A DNA stretch of 64,000 nt from Raillietiella orientalis (lineage: Eukaryota). This document shows, piece by piece, positions 37,757-49,800 of the stretch; the first letter of the stretch is position 1, and the number at the start of each line of letters is the position of its first letter. Position numbers and translations under genes: made by a program. The stretch spans positions 5,146,001 through 5,210,000 of the forward strand of contig JAYWIR010000004.1 of assembly GCA_036172245.1 (NCBI GenBank), read 5' to 3'. Under the pieces are notes generated by a model. The model saw only the letters and a list, made by a program, of their open reading frames with translations. It ran no database searches and was not told the origin of the DNA.

Positions 37757-39300
37757 TTTTCACCGAGATGCTACGGGGAGCTTACTGCTGAAAAATAAAC
37801 TTACAAAAGTAGCAAAAACAATAAACTTAAAACTTACGCAGACTTCTGCCACTTCAAAGGAAGAGTGCGAGTGTCCAAGAGCACTGAGGGCCACTGTAGA
37901 TCTTCCAGTGGAATATCCAGCAGCTCGCGCCAGCTTCGAAGTCCCTGAGGTGGGGTACTCGGGGTCGCAGCGCCCGTGAGCTGGTCCGTCGTCCATTCAC
38001 CGAGTCTTTTACTCCTGGAGGAGACTTTTATAGATGCCTCCCATCTAAACGAAAGGCTGCTGCCCAATCGCTCCCTCGGGGAGGGCGGCGCTGCGGCAAG
38101 GGAGGTTCTTTCTGACCACTTCTCCCGTGATTGGAGGACGGTTCGGCAGACGACAGACTCGGGGAACTCGTCGAAAACAGAGATCCTGAGTGGACTCTTC
38201 CGCGGCTATGGAGTGTTCCCGGTGTCCGTGTGCCTGCCGTAGAGCGTGATACCGAGTGCGTCTCCTTGACGAGCTCCCCTCTTTACATGGGTCACCCTTG
38301 CCTCACGCTTGTCAATCGGGATCCTGGGGTGGCCTCCCTTCAGGATCGTCTCCACATACTCCCTGATGCATCTCAGGAAGTCCAGTTTTCCCGAAATTAT
38401 TGGGAGAATCCCGTGGTCCACCGCCTTCTTCACATCGGCGAAGCCGAGCGCAGGGTTGTCGACGGCATTCGGCTGTGACCGACGGCGGCCTGGTCGCACT
38501 GCACGTTGTCAAGACATGAGGGGGCATCCGGACACGGAGCGCGTCTGCGTGAGAGGAAGTGTGAGGGCGTGGTTGGCCCGGATCTTTGTTTCCCGCTTGG
38601 CATCCGTGTTCAGGATGGAGACTGGCCACCACCGGGTGACCTTTTCATCAGGCTGTCCTGGCCGGCCTTAGGCAGCGACCTCGCCCTGCCTTCGTAGAAC
38701 GGTTTCCAGAGCTTCCGCTCTCCCTTGATCTTCTACTCTGGTTCGTAGAAGAGGCGCATGTAGGTCCCTCTGGTGGTGAGATGTGGGCATACGATCGGGG
38801 CCTACTGACACGTCCTCATGGAGCTGCCCCCCAGTCCGACCGGTCCGACGACTTTCCGACGATCACAGATTTCCGCAGACACTTTATCGAGTGTTTCTGC
38901 ATATGCGAAAGTTCAGGGCACTGAGTGTCGCTTCCACTGTTCACATTCGGAATTCTTTCTCTATTGGGAAGGTCACTATGGTCAGGTGAACAGTCCGTTC
39001 ACTTGGGCGACGTCCGCCATCTCCTTCAAGATGTGGCGGTATGTCCAGACTCTGCCGCGGTTCCTGATCCATGTTTCCCTCTCCTTCAATCCTTGGATGA
39101 TGCTCATGGCATGCACTCCGGTGTCCCTTCTTTGCCCTTCTTATCACGATGCTCGCGATGAAGAGGGAGGTGGTGGTCAGGACCACGGGATTGTACCGGG
39201 CAGCGTTCCCGTTTCCCTTCAAACGTTCCCGCAAGATCCCCATCTTTCGTTTTAGTCTGCAGGCCAGTCACCGTTTCAGCGTTGTCCAATCCCAGCGACG
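37757..39300 (-). mobile_element. L1/Tx1-like LINE, copy D (RT core retained, internally deleted)
   Basis: WWPVSILNTDAKRETKIRANH (~38630-38570), FADVKKAVDH (~38440-38410), VKRGARQGDALGITLY (~38290-38240); diverged terminal motif ttttcaccgagatgctacggggagcttac at 37757-37785. Confidence 0.7.
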
Positions 39301-39305
39301 CCAGG

Positions 39306-42300
39306 TTTGTCACCCGGATTTGTCGGGGCATTTATTATAAAAGTTTATAATAAAAGTCGTGATGTTTAGAATATCGTGGTAGAGCACGCGGCTGTACCAA
39401 GCGCGAAGGACTTGCCAAAACCAGTACGCAGATCCTGATCTCTCCAGCAGCGGAGGGAAAGGGAAAACCACAAGAAAACAAAAAAAGAGGAAAGGGGAAG
39501 TTTTTCGGGGAAAAGGGGGCAGGGAAGGGATCACGATTCTTCGAGAGACGTCCTCTGCATCCTCTCCGGGATGCTGACAAGTTCTGTATTCTTTTGTTCC
39601 AGGTGGGACCATCGGGAAGCGGTCTTCAAGAAGATTCTCGTCCAATGAATAGCATCCCTGCTATTGTGGCCCCTTCTTCTGGCGTTCCAGATTGCCGCGA
39701 TTCCGCGGACAGGGCAGAGAACTGCTGGAGATGCAGCTGGCGGCAGGAAGTCACGCATGAAAAGGCGCCGAAAAATGTTCCTCGAGTCTCTCACTAGGAT
39801 TTCTAGGATCGACGAGAGTCTATCCCAAAGGGCTCGGAGGCCGACACAATTTATCAATAGGTGCGGAAAGGTCTCCTTCTCTCCGCAGCTTCCGCAATTG
39901 GCATCCACACTCCCAAGTGGCCAATGATGGGGATGTGCTCTGCAGGGGATTCCCCAATGCAACACTAGCAACGCCATCTCTTGCCAATTCAATACGCTGG
40001 GGGTCACTTGTCCTCCGGATGTATCGTGAGCAGCTCGCCCCAGAGTGCAATTCCTTTTGGCGGGACTCTCGGGGTCGCAGCATCCGCTAGCTGACGAGAC
40101 ACCCATGCACAAAAAAGTTTGTTGTGCCTTGCGATGTAGCAGGACACTTCTCACCTTGCTAGTAGATAGCTGTCCCTTGCGTTTTTTAGTTCGGGCAGCA
40201 CTGAGGCAGCGGAGGTGGACGAAGCCCACCGCAGACGCCGTGGGTTCCGCACGATCTATTGCTGGGACTGTCGAGCAAATCTGCATCCACGCAGGCAGGC
40301 GGCGTCGGGGGGGGGGAGGGGGGGGCGAGAAGGTGAGAACGTGAAGCCGGGTCTCTCTGTCTCCACGTGCCTTGCAGAGCTAATCTTGCCTGTTCCATAC
40401 TTCGTTCTGGAGCCACTCAGGATTCTTCCGTGGTGGTACATCAGGAGGTTATTCTGAGTATCTGGTGGTAGGTCGCTTCTCCATGTCGTTGCGCCAGCCG
40501 CCAGCAGGTTAAAGTTCAGGATCCCGTGTCTGCATCGTCCGGTGAGTTGTCTTCATCAACTCCCTTCTTTGACTGCGTCCGCCACGTCTCTGCGCCGCTG
40601 CGAACTTCGAAGGCACAGAAACCCCGAAAGGACGTCTTTCCAATCTGCTTTGAAATGCCGTGAAGGCTGGAAACGACGGTTGCCCGTACACGCCTATATG
40701 CATCTGGCCCTTCCGAGGGCTGATCGTGGTCACAGTGGCCGAGGACAGTAGCTCCTCGTGACCCTGTGATCGGCTCCTCCAGCCCTAGTGCACCCAACAG
40801 CGGCGGCGGTTCGTGCCGGTGCGGACGACTCGGACGCGGACTGCGGGGGCAGGACGGCGCGGTGCCACTATGGAGGTGCTCCAGACGTGGACAGGAAGGG
40901 GAAAACCGGCTGGGTGCGCTTCGGTGACGAAGGCTGGGTGATGGTGGCGGAACCAACAACGCCGTACTCCGAAGCAGCGGCCGGAAGCGCGTCGGGTGCC
41001 ATGAGAGCTTCAGAGCTTGGCACAGAAGTCCGCCTCCCTGAAACCGCAGGCGCCGTCGACGAACCCGTCTGGAAAGTGGATCTGGAAGCTAAGTCAGTCA
41101 TCTCCAGGATGGAGCCTATCAGAGTGGCGGCGGCTGCAGGAAGACTGTGAGGGGAGTGCGGATCTCCGCAAGCGGCCGCTCCGTGCGGAGGGGAGCGTTG
41201 GCAGTTGCGCAGACTGCAAAGAGATGGCGCAGCCTGGTTGAAGAGCGCACAGATCCCGACGGGCGCATTCTGTGCAGCACCAGGGAGGCGAGGAGCACGG
41301 CAGGGTTTTTTTGTCAGGCCCAAACGAGCCAGAAGAGCACCCGGAAGTGCTTCTCATCCATGCAGGAAGGCAAAAGAAGTTTGTCACTTAGGCGATTCGG
41401 CGGGCAGGGCCATCTTCCCCGAGGAAGGAATTGTCAGAATGGAACTTCAGGAGGACGCGGTCGTTTTGGCTCTGTCACCCTCCAAAAAATAACACGCGCG
41501 CTCGACGAGAAAACCGAGTCAAACAGCCCCTGGGCCTGCAAAAACAGCAGCTCACCCTCGGGGGAAATGGCCGTGAGCGCGGTCGGGAAGACCTCGAGGA
41601 GGACGAGCCAGCACCGGAGGAGGTTCGACCTTCCTCCTCCGAAAGGAGATGGAGAGGAGGCCAAGAAGAAGGGGGGAAGCGAACTTTTCATGAGGGGGTT
41701 CCTCTCGCGTAGACGCGACCAGGGAAAGGGGAGAGGTGATCCCGAGGGAATGGGCGGGCGGGAGGGAGGGCTCGACGATTCAGAAGGCCAAGACCGGGGA
41801 GAGGCCGCGGAGAAGGTCACCAGCTCCAAACGTTGCCGGTGGAGGGCATCGTAAGGGCGACCGACCTGTAAGCATCCGCGCCGAGCGGGTAGATCTGCCC
41901 CGGGAGGGGCGGGGATGAGCCTGCATCCCGCAAGGGGAGACAGCGCCTGCGCCGACTCGGGTGGAGGAAGGGCGGCCCTTCAAGCGCCAAGGAGGGTGCT
42001 GGCTGGCGGAACATGGCCATCACTTTCCACCCCGGGTTGCTCGTGGAATGGCGTCGTGCGCGCCCCCAAGGTGTGGACAAAGGCCCGTGAGGCCAAGGGA
42101 AAGAAGGGCTCGTCCTCGGCGGCGTCCCGTGGAACTCACTTAGCGACTGCTGCCGAGTCGCGACCCCCCTCGGGGAGGTGACGTGCTCTCTCAGGAGGGA
42201 CCTCCTTCACGAGCCCTCCGGGGCCCTTTTTGTCGCAGCCCCTTCTGTCCTGCAGGTGCCACGGGCCCTGCCGTGACCTCGGGAGGAGGCTGCGCTCTCT

Positions 42301-44400
42301 CGGTAGAGGGCCGGCCGGCCTCCCCCCCCTCCCCATCCCTTGCGCGCCTGCGCAGACTCCTCCCGCTCCTCAGAGCGACCTCGGCGTGTTGCCCCGGCGC
42401 TCCCTGCCGCCTCCGGGGATTGCGTCGCGGGCACTCCCGGCTTCCCTCTCTGTTCCCGGAGGGAGGGGGGGATGAGGTCCGCCGGGCGCCCCTCCCCGAT
42501 CGGCCCGTTTCGGGGAGTGGCACTGCGGGGTGGACGCTCGAGAGGAGGGGCGCGGCCACCGCCTCCGCCGAGGTGCGTCCGTCCGCGCTGACCGCCTCCC
42601 ACGTAGCAGCTCCTTCCGCCGGAACGGCTCGCTTTAGGGGTGGGTGGGTAGGTGGGAAGAGCACCCCTGGAAGAGGGAACCGGGGCGGACGGAAGCTCCC
42701 TCGCCTTCTCCCAGCTCCTTTCCCCCTTACTTAAGGGGAGGCATCCAGGGAGGGCCTCCTCCTCCCACCCTGGTCCGCCTCTGAGCGCGGAGTCGGTCGG
42801 TGATGAGCTCCTCGGCGTCCCGGGGGCAACCAGGCGGTTTCGTCCTAACTCGAGACCGTTTTCCCCCGTCGGCCTGTCCTAGGGAGCTCCTGCGGCTCCC
42901 TGCAGTCTGCGCCGACCCCGCCGGAGAGGCGCCACCGTCACGAGTTTGCGGGACGGAGATATGGAGTCGCCGCGGCGGGTCCTTCCTCGCCTCCCGCGTC
43001 CCCTTCAAGCGGAAGGCAGAGAAGGGACGCGGCTCCCTCGCGGGTCACAAGAGTCCGTGCAGCCTCCAGGGCAGGGGGGAAGGAGGACGGGGGAGCAGAA
43101 GCCTGGGAGGGGCGTTCACGGGCCCTTCGGAAAGGAGGAGGTCGGCTGCTTCCTCCTCTGTGCTCTTCGACCGCCTCCGCCGTCCCTCTCCTGCGCGGGG
43201 GGCAATCCTCCGGAGATTCCTGCCTTCCCTAGGAAACCGGATCGGGGGGCCACCTGCCGTGGATGCGGGAAGACAGCCCGTCTGGAAGGCGCCGAACGGG
43301 TCCCTGGAAAGACACGACCCTGCTGCCCTCTGGGTTTCTCTAGACGCAGCTTTTGTTTCGGAGGCCCCATCTGTCGATGGAGGACCAGTCTGAATTTAGC
43401 TCGCGGTGGAACTGCCTTCCCGCTCGCTCTGCTGGCGACCCCAATGGGTGCATTCCTTTCTTATCCCCACACGACCCTTCCGCAAGGGAGAGCCGCCTGC
43501 GTTCTTCCCCGCCTCTCCTGCAGCAACAGGGCTGCGACCGCTCTGCCCCTCGGGCTTGCTGGGCCTTCTGGTGCGATGGATCTGAACCCGCAAAGCGTGA
43601 AACGAGTCGAACAGGATCTTTGGATCGACTGGTCCACGCCCGGATGTAGTACCCATGAGATCCTCCTCCAGGTCAGACCTCCATGAACCTCCACTTAGGC
43701 ACTTTGCTACCGCCACCAAGATGCGCGCCGACGGCGGCTGCAGGAAAGCTCGCGCCCCCCAAAAATCGCCCTGCGTGCACCATCGCGAGCCTGGCACTCG
43801 CTGGAACCTGTCGTCCTGCGGCAGCGGAACTTCACTGTCCCGGGCGGTCTGGGCAGTCCGGACGATTAAACGTTTCGAAAGGTTCCGCACCTGCGCTCGG
43901 TTCGACCGAAGAGGGCCGCGGCCCGCGACAACTCGGCACCGTGCGGGTCAGCGGTTCTCCCTGGGTCGTTCTTTCCTTTCTTGCGCGATGGATGCTTCCC
44001 TTCCTTCTTGATCGCCTTCGCAGCTGGACGAGAAGGTCTTCTCAGTCCGGAATCGCCGTGACAACTCCCTTCGTCGTGCGTCTCCTTTCGTGTCCGCGGA
44101 CTCTCCTCCGGGTTGCAGCTCCTGTCCAGACGGCGCACCTCTCCGAGTTCACCTGCCCTGCTGCCATTTGACGGACGGAGACTCCCGCACCTCGACCACG
44201 GTAGCAGCCTCCCTGCTGCAGCAGCAGCAGTCAGTGCTGCTGGTGATTCAGGGCGCGCGGAACGTCTTCAGCGGGCGAGCGTAAGAGGTTCCTTGGAGAG
44301 GGCAGCAGCGCTTTTCAATCCCGGGTCGTGTTGGCCGGAGAGAGCAACGCGAGTAATTAGCAAGTTCGACGGAGTTTCGCGCGTGATTGCTCATGGAACA
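39306..44400 (-). mobile_element. L1/Tx1-like LINE, copy E (longest, ~5 kb, degenerate; 5' boundary approximate)
   Basis: zf-RVT CGSCGEKETFPHLLINCVGLRALWDRLSSIL (~39895-39800), collinear with copy A over >600 bp; RT-entry relic RGRWPCPPNRLSDKLL (~41420-41370); terminal AATAAA+hairpin at 39306-39336. Confidence 0.75.
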
Positions 44401-46345
44401 GGCGGAGCTTCGCCGGTGGACCAGTCTGGCATTTGAGCTGAATTAAGGAAAGAAGAAGGGGAAAAAACGGAAAACCCTCGTAAAGGGAGGAATTCGTGGT
44501 TTCCACGATCCACTTCTCTGATCGGGGATGGGACAAAAGTGCGTATCGGTCGGTCAGATCTGCTTCCGTTCCGTCTGAAGCAAAACGTCTCGTCGCCATC
44601 GACGCATCGGCACGCGACAGGAAGAGCTGCCGCGGATTGGAGCCGCCGCGCCCGAGCACGTTCCCTGGGACACCTCACCTGAGACTGCGTCTGCGAGTGG
44701 GCGAGACGGAGCTCGAGCTCACTTCAGCAGGATCGTACACGAGAGAGGGCCACCCAAGATGCACGAGCGGAGTAACGGTCTCCTTAATTAATGATGTCAT
44801 CCACGTGAGTTCACGCATTGCTCTTACAATGATTCCGTCCATCGGATACGCCTTCATGATGCAAGGCATCATTGAAGTGGATTAGCCAGTTTAATGGCAG
44901 GAAAACTCTCAGCCTGCTGGGGTAAAAGGGGAAGGAAAAAAACACACACAAAAAAACAAAACTCCAGGCTGACGTTACGCAAACTGTGCCTCCAAGAGAG
45001 AATTCTCTCCGAGGATGATGGGGAGACAAATGTAATGTGAATGGCTGTTCCATATGGTAAAGTCCCAGTGTGGAACTGTGGTCCTTGCGCTCCTTCCCTT
45101 CCTTCCTGTGGAAATATCTTGGAATTTGCTTCGTATGAGGAGGACGCTACCCATCATGGGCTCACGGATTTACTGCGCCCTCCTCTCTGGTGCGTCACGT
45201 GTCTGGAATCGTGTTCCGTCATTTCGGAGACGGGAAACTCGCGTTTCCATCAATGAAGCAAAAGATGCAAAAAATGTATTTGTATATTTCAGAGAGTTTT
45301 CTCATTTATTTCGATAAGTGGAGGCTCATCACTGAGAGAACAATCCAGATTTTTCAATGATACACAGATGATAAATAAATAATTTGGCTTTTCAGGAAAA
45401 TCATCATGCTGACTAGTCTCTAATAGTAACTTAAAAACAAATAATTACATTCGAACAAATAATGAAACGTAGTTTTTTTTTTTTTTTTTTAAAAGATACA
45501 CAACAATAACGAATACACAGTTCATCAGTTGAATAAAATTCATCGTTCTAGGTACAAAAGAGATGCACATGAAACGCTTACATGTACAATACGATATGTT
45601 TCTAAACACATGGATAATGTTTCAAAAATTTTACATTTTGTATTTTTTTTGTTTTTTTTTTTTAAAAAAAAAAATGAACGCTTTAATAATCAAAGACGAA
45701 AAAAAAAAAGAAAAGAAAAGAAAAACAGGAACACATTGATGGTAATAAAAATATTTTTCAAAAATACGATGAAAATTTAATCTAGAGCTGAATACCCTAC
45801 TGCCACGTTATGGACGGAAATGTACCACACTGTCTCTCCACGTAAATGCAGAGTAATTGATCGATAGCGTTCCACTGGACGAGTACAAAATTATTATAAT
45901 GTTTTCTGTCGGTCAGGATATGCAGCTGCCCTCCATGGGAGGGCGTTCCAATCGTCTCTCCGGGATCCACTTCCCGTCTAGTCGGGTCGTTGGGAGCTCC
46001 AGCGCCTCCTCCTGATCGCATGTCGTTCCAAAGGGCTTCCAGTGCCGATGGCGTTTCATTCACAAAATCAGATTGGTACACGAAATCATAACAAATGTCC
46101 GCTACCGAAGAAAATCCATTGAATGAATGGCTATACAGTAAATAAGTACACAGTACGCGTGAATCCACGGATCAAAGTTTACACATATTGGTTACAACGT
46201 CGGTGTTGCGAGTCCCGATCTCTCTCTCTAATTGCAGTAATTCCCTAGATGCGACAGCTTGCACAGAGAATCGACTAACTGGACGTTTGGTTTTGCATTT
46301 CTGGCATTTTTCATGAGTGACCGAAAGGAAGAAGATTAGTCACCA

Positions 46346-46417
46346 GGGGTCGGTCCACTTTGAGATTTGCAACGATATTCAGGGTGAAACCTAATGGACA
46401 CTTCTGCATGGACTTCT
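46346..46417. repeat. 72-bp dispersed direct repeat, copy 1 (begins CAGGGGTCGG, a hAT-like terminus)
   Basis: Matches 52203-52274 with 2 mismatches. Confidence 0.9.
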
Positions 46418-46804
46418 AAAAGATCGAGAGGCACATTCGAAAAATGAAAACTTTTTCACAAAAAAAGGCACTGAAGCTCATTTTTATAGGATTTCTTGGA
46501 AATTGCAAGTTCTTCCTATTTGTCTAAAATCGTGAAAGAGGTAGAACTTCGTAAATAACAGGAAAACAAATCAAATGAGTCTTCAACACTGCAAATTCCA
46601 ATTAGTCTTGTGCTGAAAAGAAAGGCACAATGGAAGAGACAGCAAATGGCAAACACGCTGTAGATAAAAAAAAAGTTCAGCGGGATTTGACGATAGCAAT
46701 TGGAACATGACCGATTATTTAAGGCAAGAGCGAATTTGAAAGGGTTTTTTTCTTTGTGTGGGCTTTCTAAACTTTTACTGCAGAGCCGGTAAGTCATATC
46801 TCAC

Positions 46805-49800
46805 CTGTTTCGGCCATCTTTGTTTTTGCATATTCAATACGAATCCCACCTCTGTCTGACGATTCCAATATGTATCCCTGTAAAGAATTCATCGCATGAT
46901 GAGCGAAGCGAATATCTTGGAATTCCACAAAAGCACAGACAGAACCTCCTTTATTGTGCATCCTCAGACGAACAAAACCTAAAAAGCTAAGAACACAATT
47001 ACAGTTTCACAGTCCGTTATAGTCCGACATTCTCGCTGGCCGCCACATTGTACATTCGGACGGTGTCTTTTCCTCGAGTTTAGAAACATTTGTGCCTCGA
47101 AGCTACGCACGTCGGACTTTCTTTACATTTTAAATACGAAAAGGCCTGATTCAGTAAATAAGCTAAGGGTCGGAAAATGAGCATTAGGTCGCTTTGTAAC
47201 CACGAGTAGTGTTTTTAAAACGAAACACCAGTTTCCATCTTCTGCTCCATTCTGTTACAGAAGATCAGTCAGTAATTGCTCGTGACGGGAGAACCGACTT
47301 TCGAATTTCCATCAGTGACCAGGTACGAAGAAATCAGAGATAAGCAATAAAGTAGGAATGCCGCATTCTCAGCTGGGGAAATGTGCATGGGTCTTTCTTT
47401 CTTTTCTTTTTTTTTGAAAAGGTAGGAAGAGTACCAGGGAATCATGGAGTGGGGTAAACATTCGTTTGTGCATTTGTGTAATTAAATTATCTACCTCATA
47501 AGAAACAAGCATTCGAGACAATCCACAGGTGGATCCACATAAAGATACAAACATTCTTAGTATCTGTTCACACATTGTCCAAAGTGTCGTGTTATTTGCT
47601 CTGCCATTCCGTCTCCGAATCCATGCATGAGTGCTTCATTTAATTAGGTCATTCACATAATAGTGCAGAGGGACTGCCACTGAAAAGTTCTCGTGCATTT
47701 CAAATCCTCGAATTTTCAAGAACCAAGACAGGAAGAGGAGCGATTCCTTTCCTGTGCGTCCCATGCATCTCCGGATTCCAGTTCGTCCTCCTGTAGAATT
47801 TTCATCTTTAACTCAACTGTTTAACTTCTTCCGAGTCTCCTCCAGCACGACCTCTTCAAGTTTAGAAGTCCGATTGTGAATTCTTGAAAGGTGCAAAAGA
47901 ATCGGCTGCTTTATTTGAAAATGAAACCACCTTGGGGGAACATCCGATTCTTATCTGTGCAACTCAGCTGACTTTGAGAGAATGTTTGCATTGGAGCCCA
48001 CGTTTCGATTTTGGCAGACTGTCCTGTTCCTGTTTCGCATGGAGTTTCCTGTTAAATCGCCCTAAACAATTTACACTGTGATTGCCAAGTCTCTGTCTGT
48101 AGTTCTTTCAACGATCCCTAACATCATATGTAAATATCTCAACTGAAACATTTCTGTAACCCTTCCTCACGGAAGGTTTTGAAAACACGAAATTCAATCC
48201 AGAGCTCTTCAGGAAGAAAGATATAAAAACCGTTTACCACCTCAGTAAAATTCCAACCTAAAAACTGAACATATTCAGGCATTGGCACAACTAGAAAATC
48301 GAGCGTACAATATGTTCCAATACTTCGCTGGCATTATTCAAGAATCCATTAACTTCTAGTTTATTCTCAAGGCAGCTCCATTTTTACAGGTAATGAAGAA
48401 AAAAAGCAATGAAATTGATATGTCAGTGCTATCTTCAAATGATGATCTCGTATTCGATTTAAATAATAAATTCACTTTTTACAAGGCTATCCCTTGTTTC
48501 AATCATTGCCCGCAATTATGAAGGGAAACAAACTCAAAATAAGCAGTCCCTGGTTGTTATGGGGGAAGATTAACATGCAGGATTAGATAATGGTTAGAGG
48601 AAGATCAAATAGAGAGGGTTGTATTGACTGTTAGACACAGGGCAAAACTTTCAAAGAATTTCGATCTTCCTATTTTGAACTGAATTTAGCCTCGGAGACA
48701 TCTAGATCAGCGTTCATTACTATCAGAAGAGAGATCACAACTCATCGTTGGCTTCTATCATGGTGATGGTGGTGGTGGCGGGAAACGGTATTTTCTCCTA
48801 CATTGGAATCACAGCTATAAATCTTTAGAATCGACATGTATAGAGCATTCTGAAATTTGGTGTTTGTTAAAATGACAATCATCGAAACACAGGGAGCTGC
48901 AGAAGGAATCACAGCAATACCGGAAATGGCACCTGAGCGTGAAGGGAATGCAGGAGAGTATGGCGTGCATTTGTGCAGAATACAATAAGGAGAACCAGAT
49001 ATTCTGTGAGCTGGGAAAGCATATGCTATTTTACAAAATCTGTTGATGACTCATACATTATGAGATTCAATGCTCGAGTCTCACTAAGATTAGAGCCTCC
49101 ATTCACTTCGCATATTCATTATCATTCATAATTGAGCAATTTGTGATTTCAATTTAGCCCGTACTGAGAGAAACTTGAAAGAGGACAGGTAACAAGACAT
49201 GACCAAAATGGGGTCATACCAAATCAGGATGTGTAAAGTACAGCGATCTAAATTACACAGTAATTGTTGTGAAATACAAAGAAAAAGAAAAAATGCAGTA
49301 AAATGAAAACTCGTCCATGAAGATCATATCAGGGCAGAACAAGAATGTTCTCTAAACCACACCATTGACAACTTAGGTACAGAAGCACCGTTGCTCCGGA
49401 ACACGAATCAACATCACAGAGACAAGGCACGCAGCTTAAGCACCATGTTCATGTTCACTTCCAGTTTAACATGATCAAGAAAATTAATACTGCTTTAACT
49501 TTCTGGTTTTGAAATAAAGGAACATGATGAAGAAGCAACAGAAACAACCATCTAGCAACAAGGTGGAAATCGAAAGGGAAAACAAAGCAATCTGAGAAGC
49601 AGGATTTGCAAATGTCCAGTTCATTAAGGGACGCCGAAACGAAAGAGCACTGGCAGTGAAAGACAAAACGGTTTTCCATGAATCCGAGCACATGTGTGAA
49701 AATTTGGAATCCGTGACGGAAACAGCAAAGATGGCAGACATGACCGTAGATCAAGCAACGTTCCTAAATGAAGAGATTGATACATTTTAAGAATTACCGC

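Noticed and set aside
44675..45317. Exon-like or ORF-like segments between LINE copy E and the cpo 3' region
   Set aside because: Splice-like sites are present, but no consistent open frame or recognisable product.
48742..49020. Minus-strand reading ending in RHHHHHHDRSQR* inside a cpo intron
   Set aside because: No convincing acceptor or homology; cannot be supported as an alternative exon from sequence alone.
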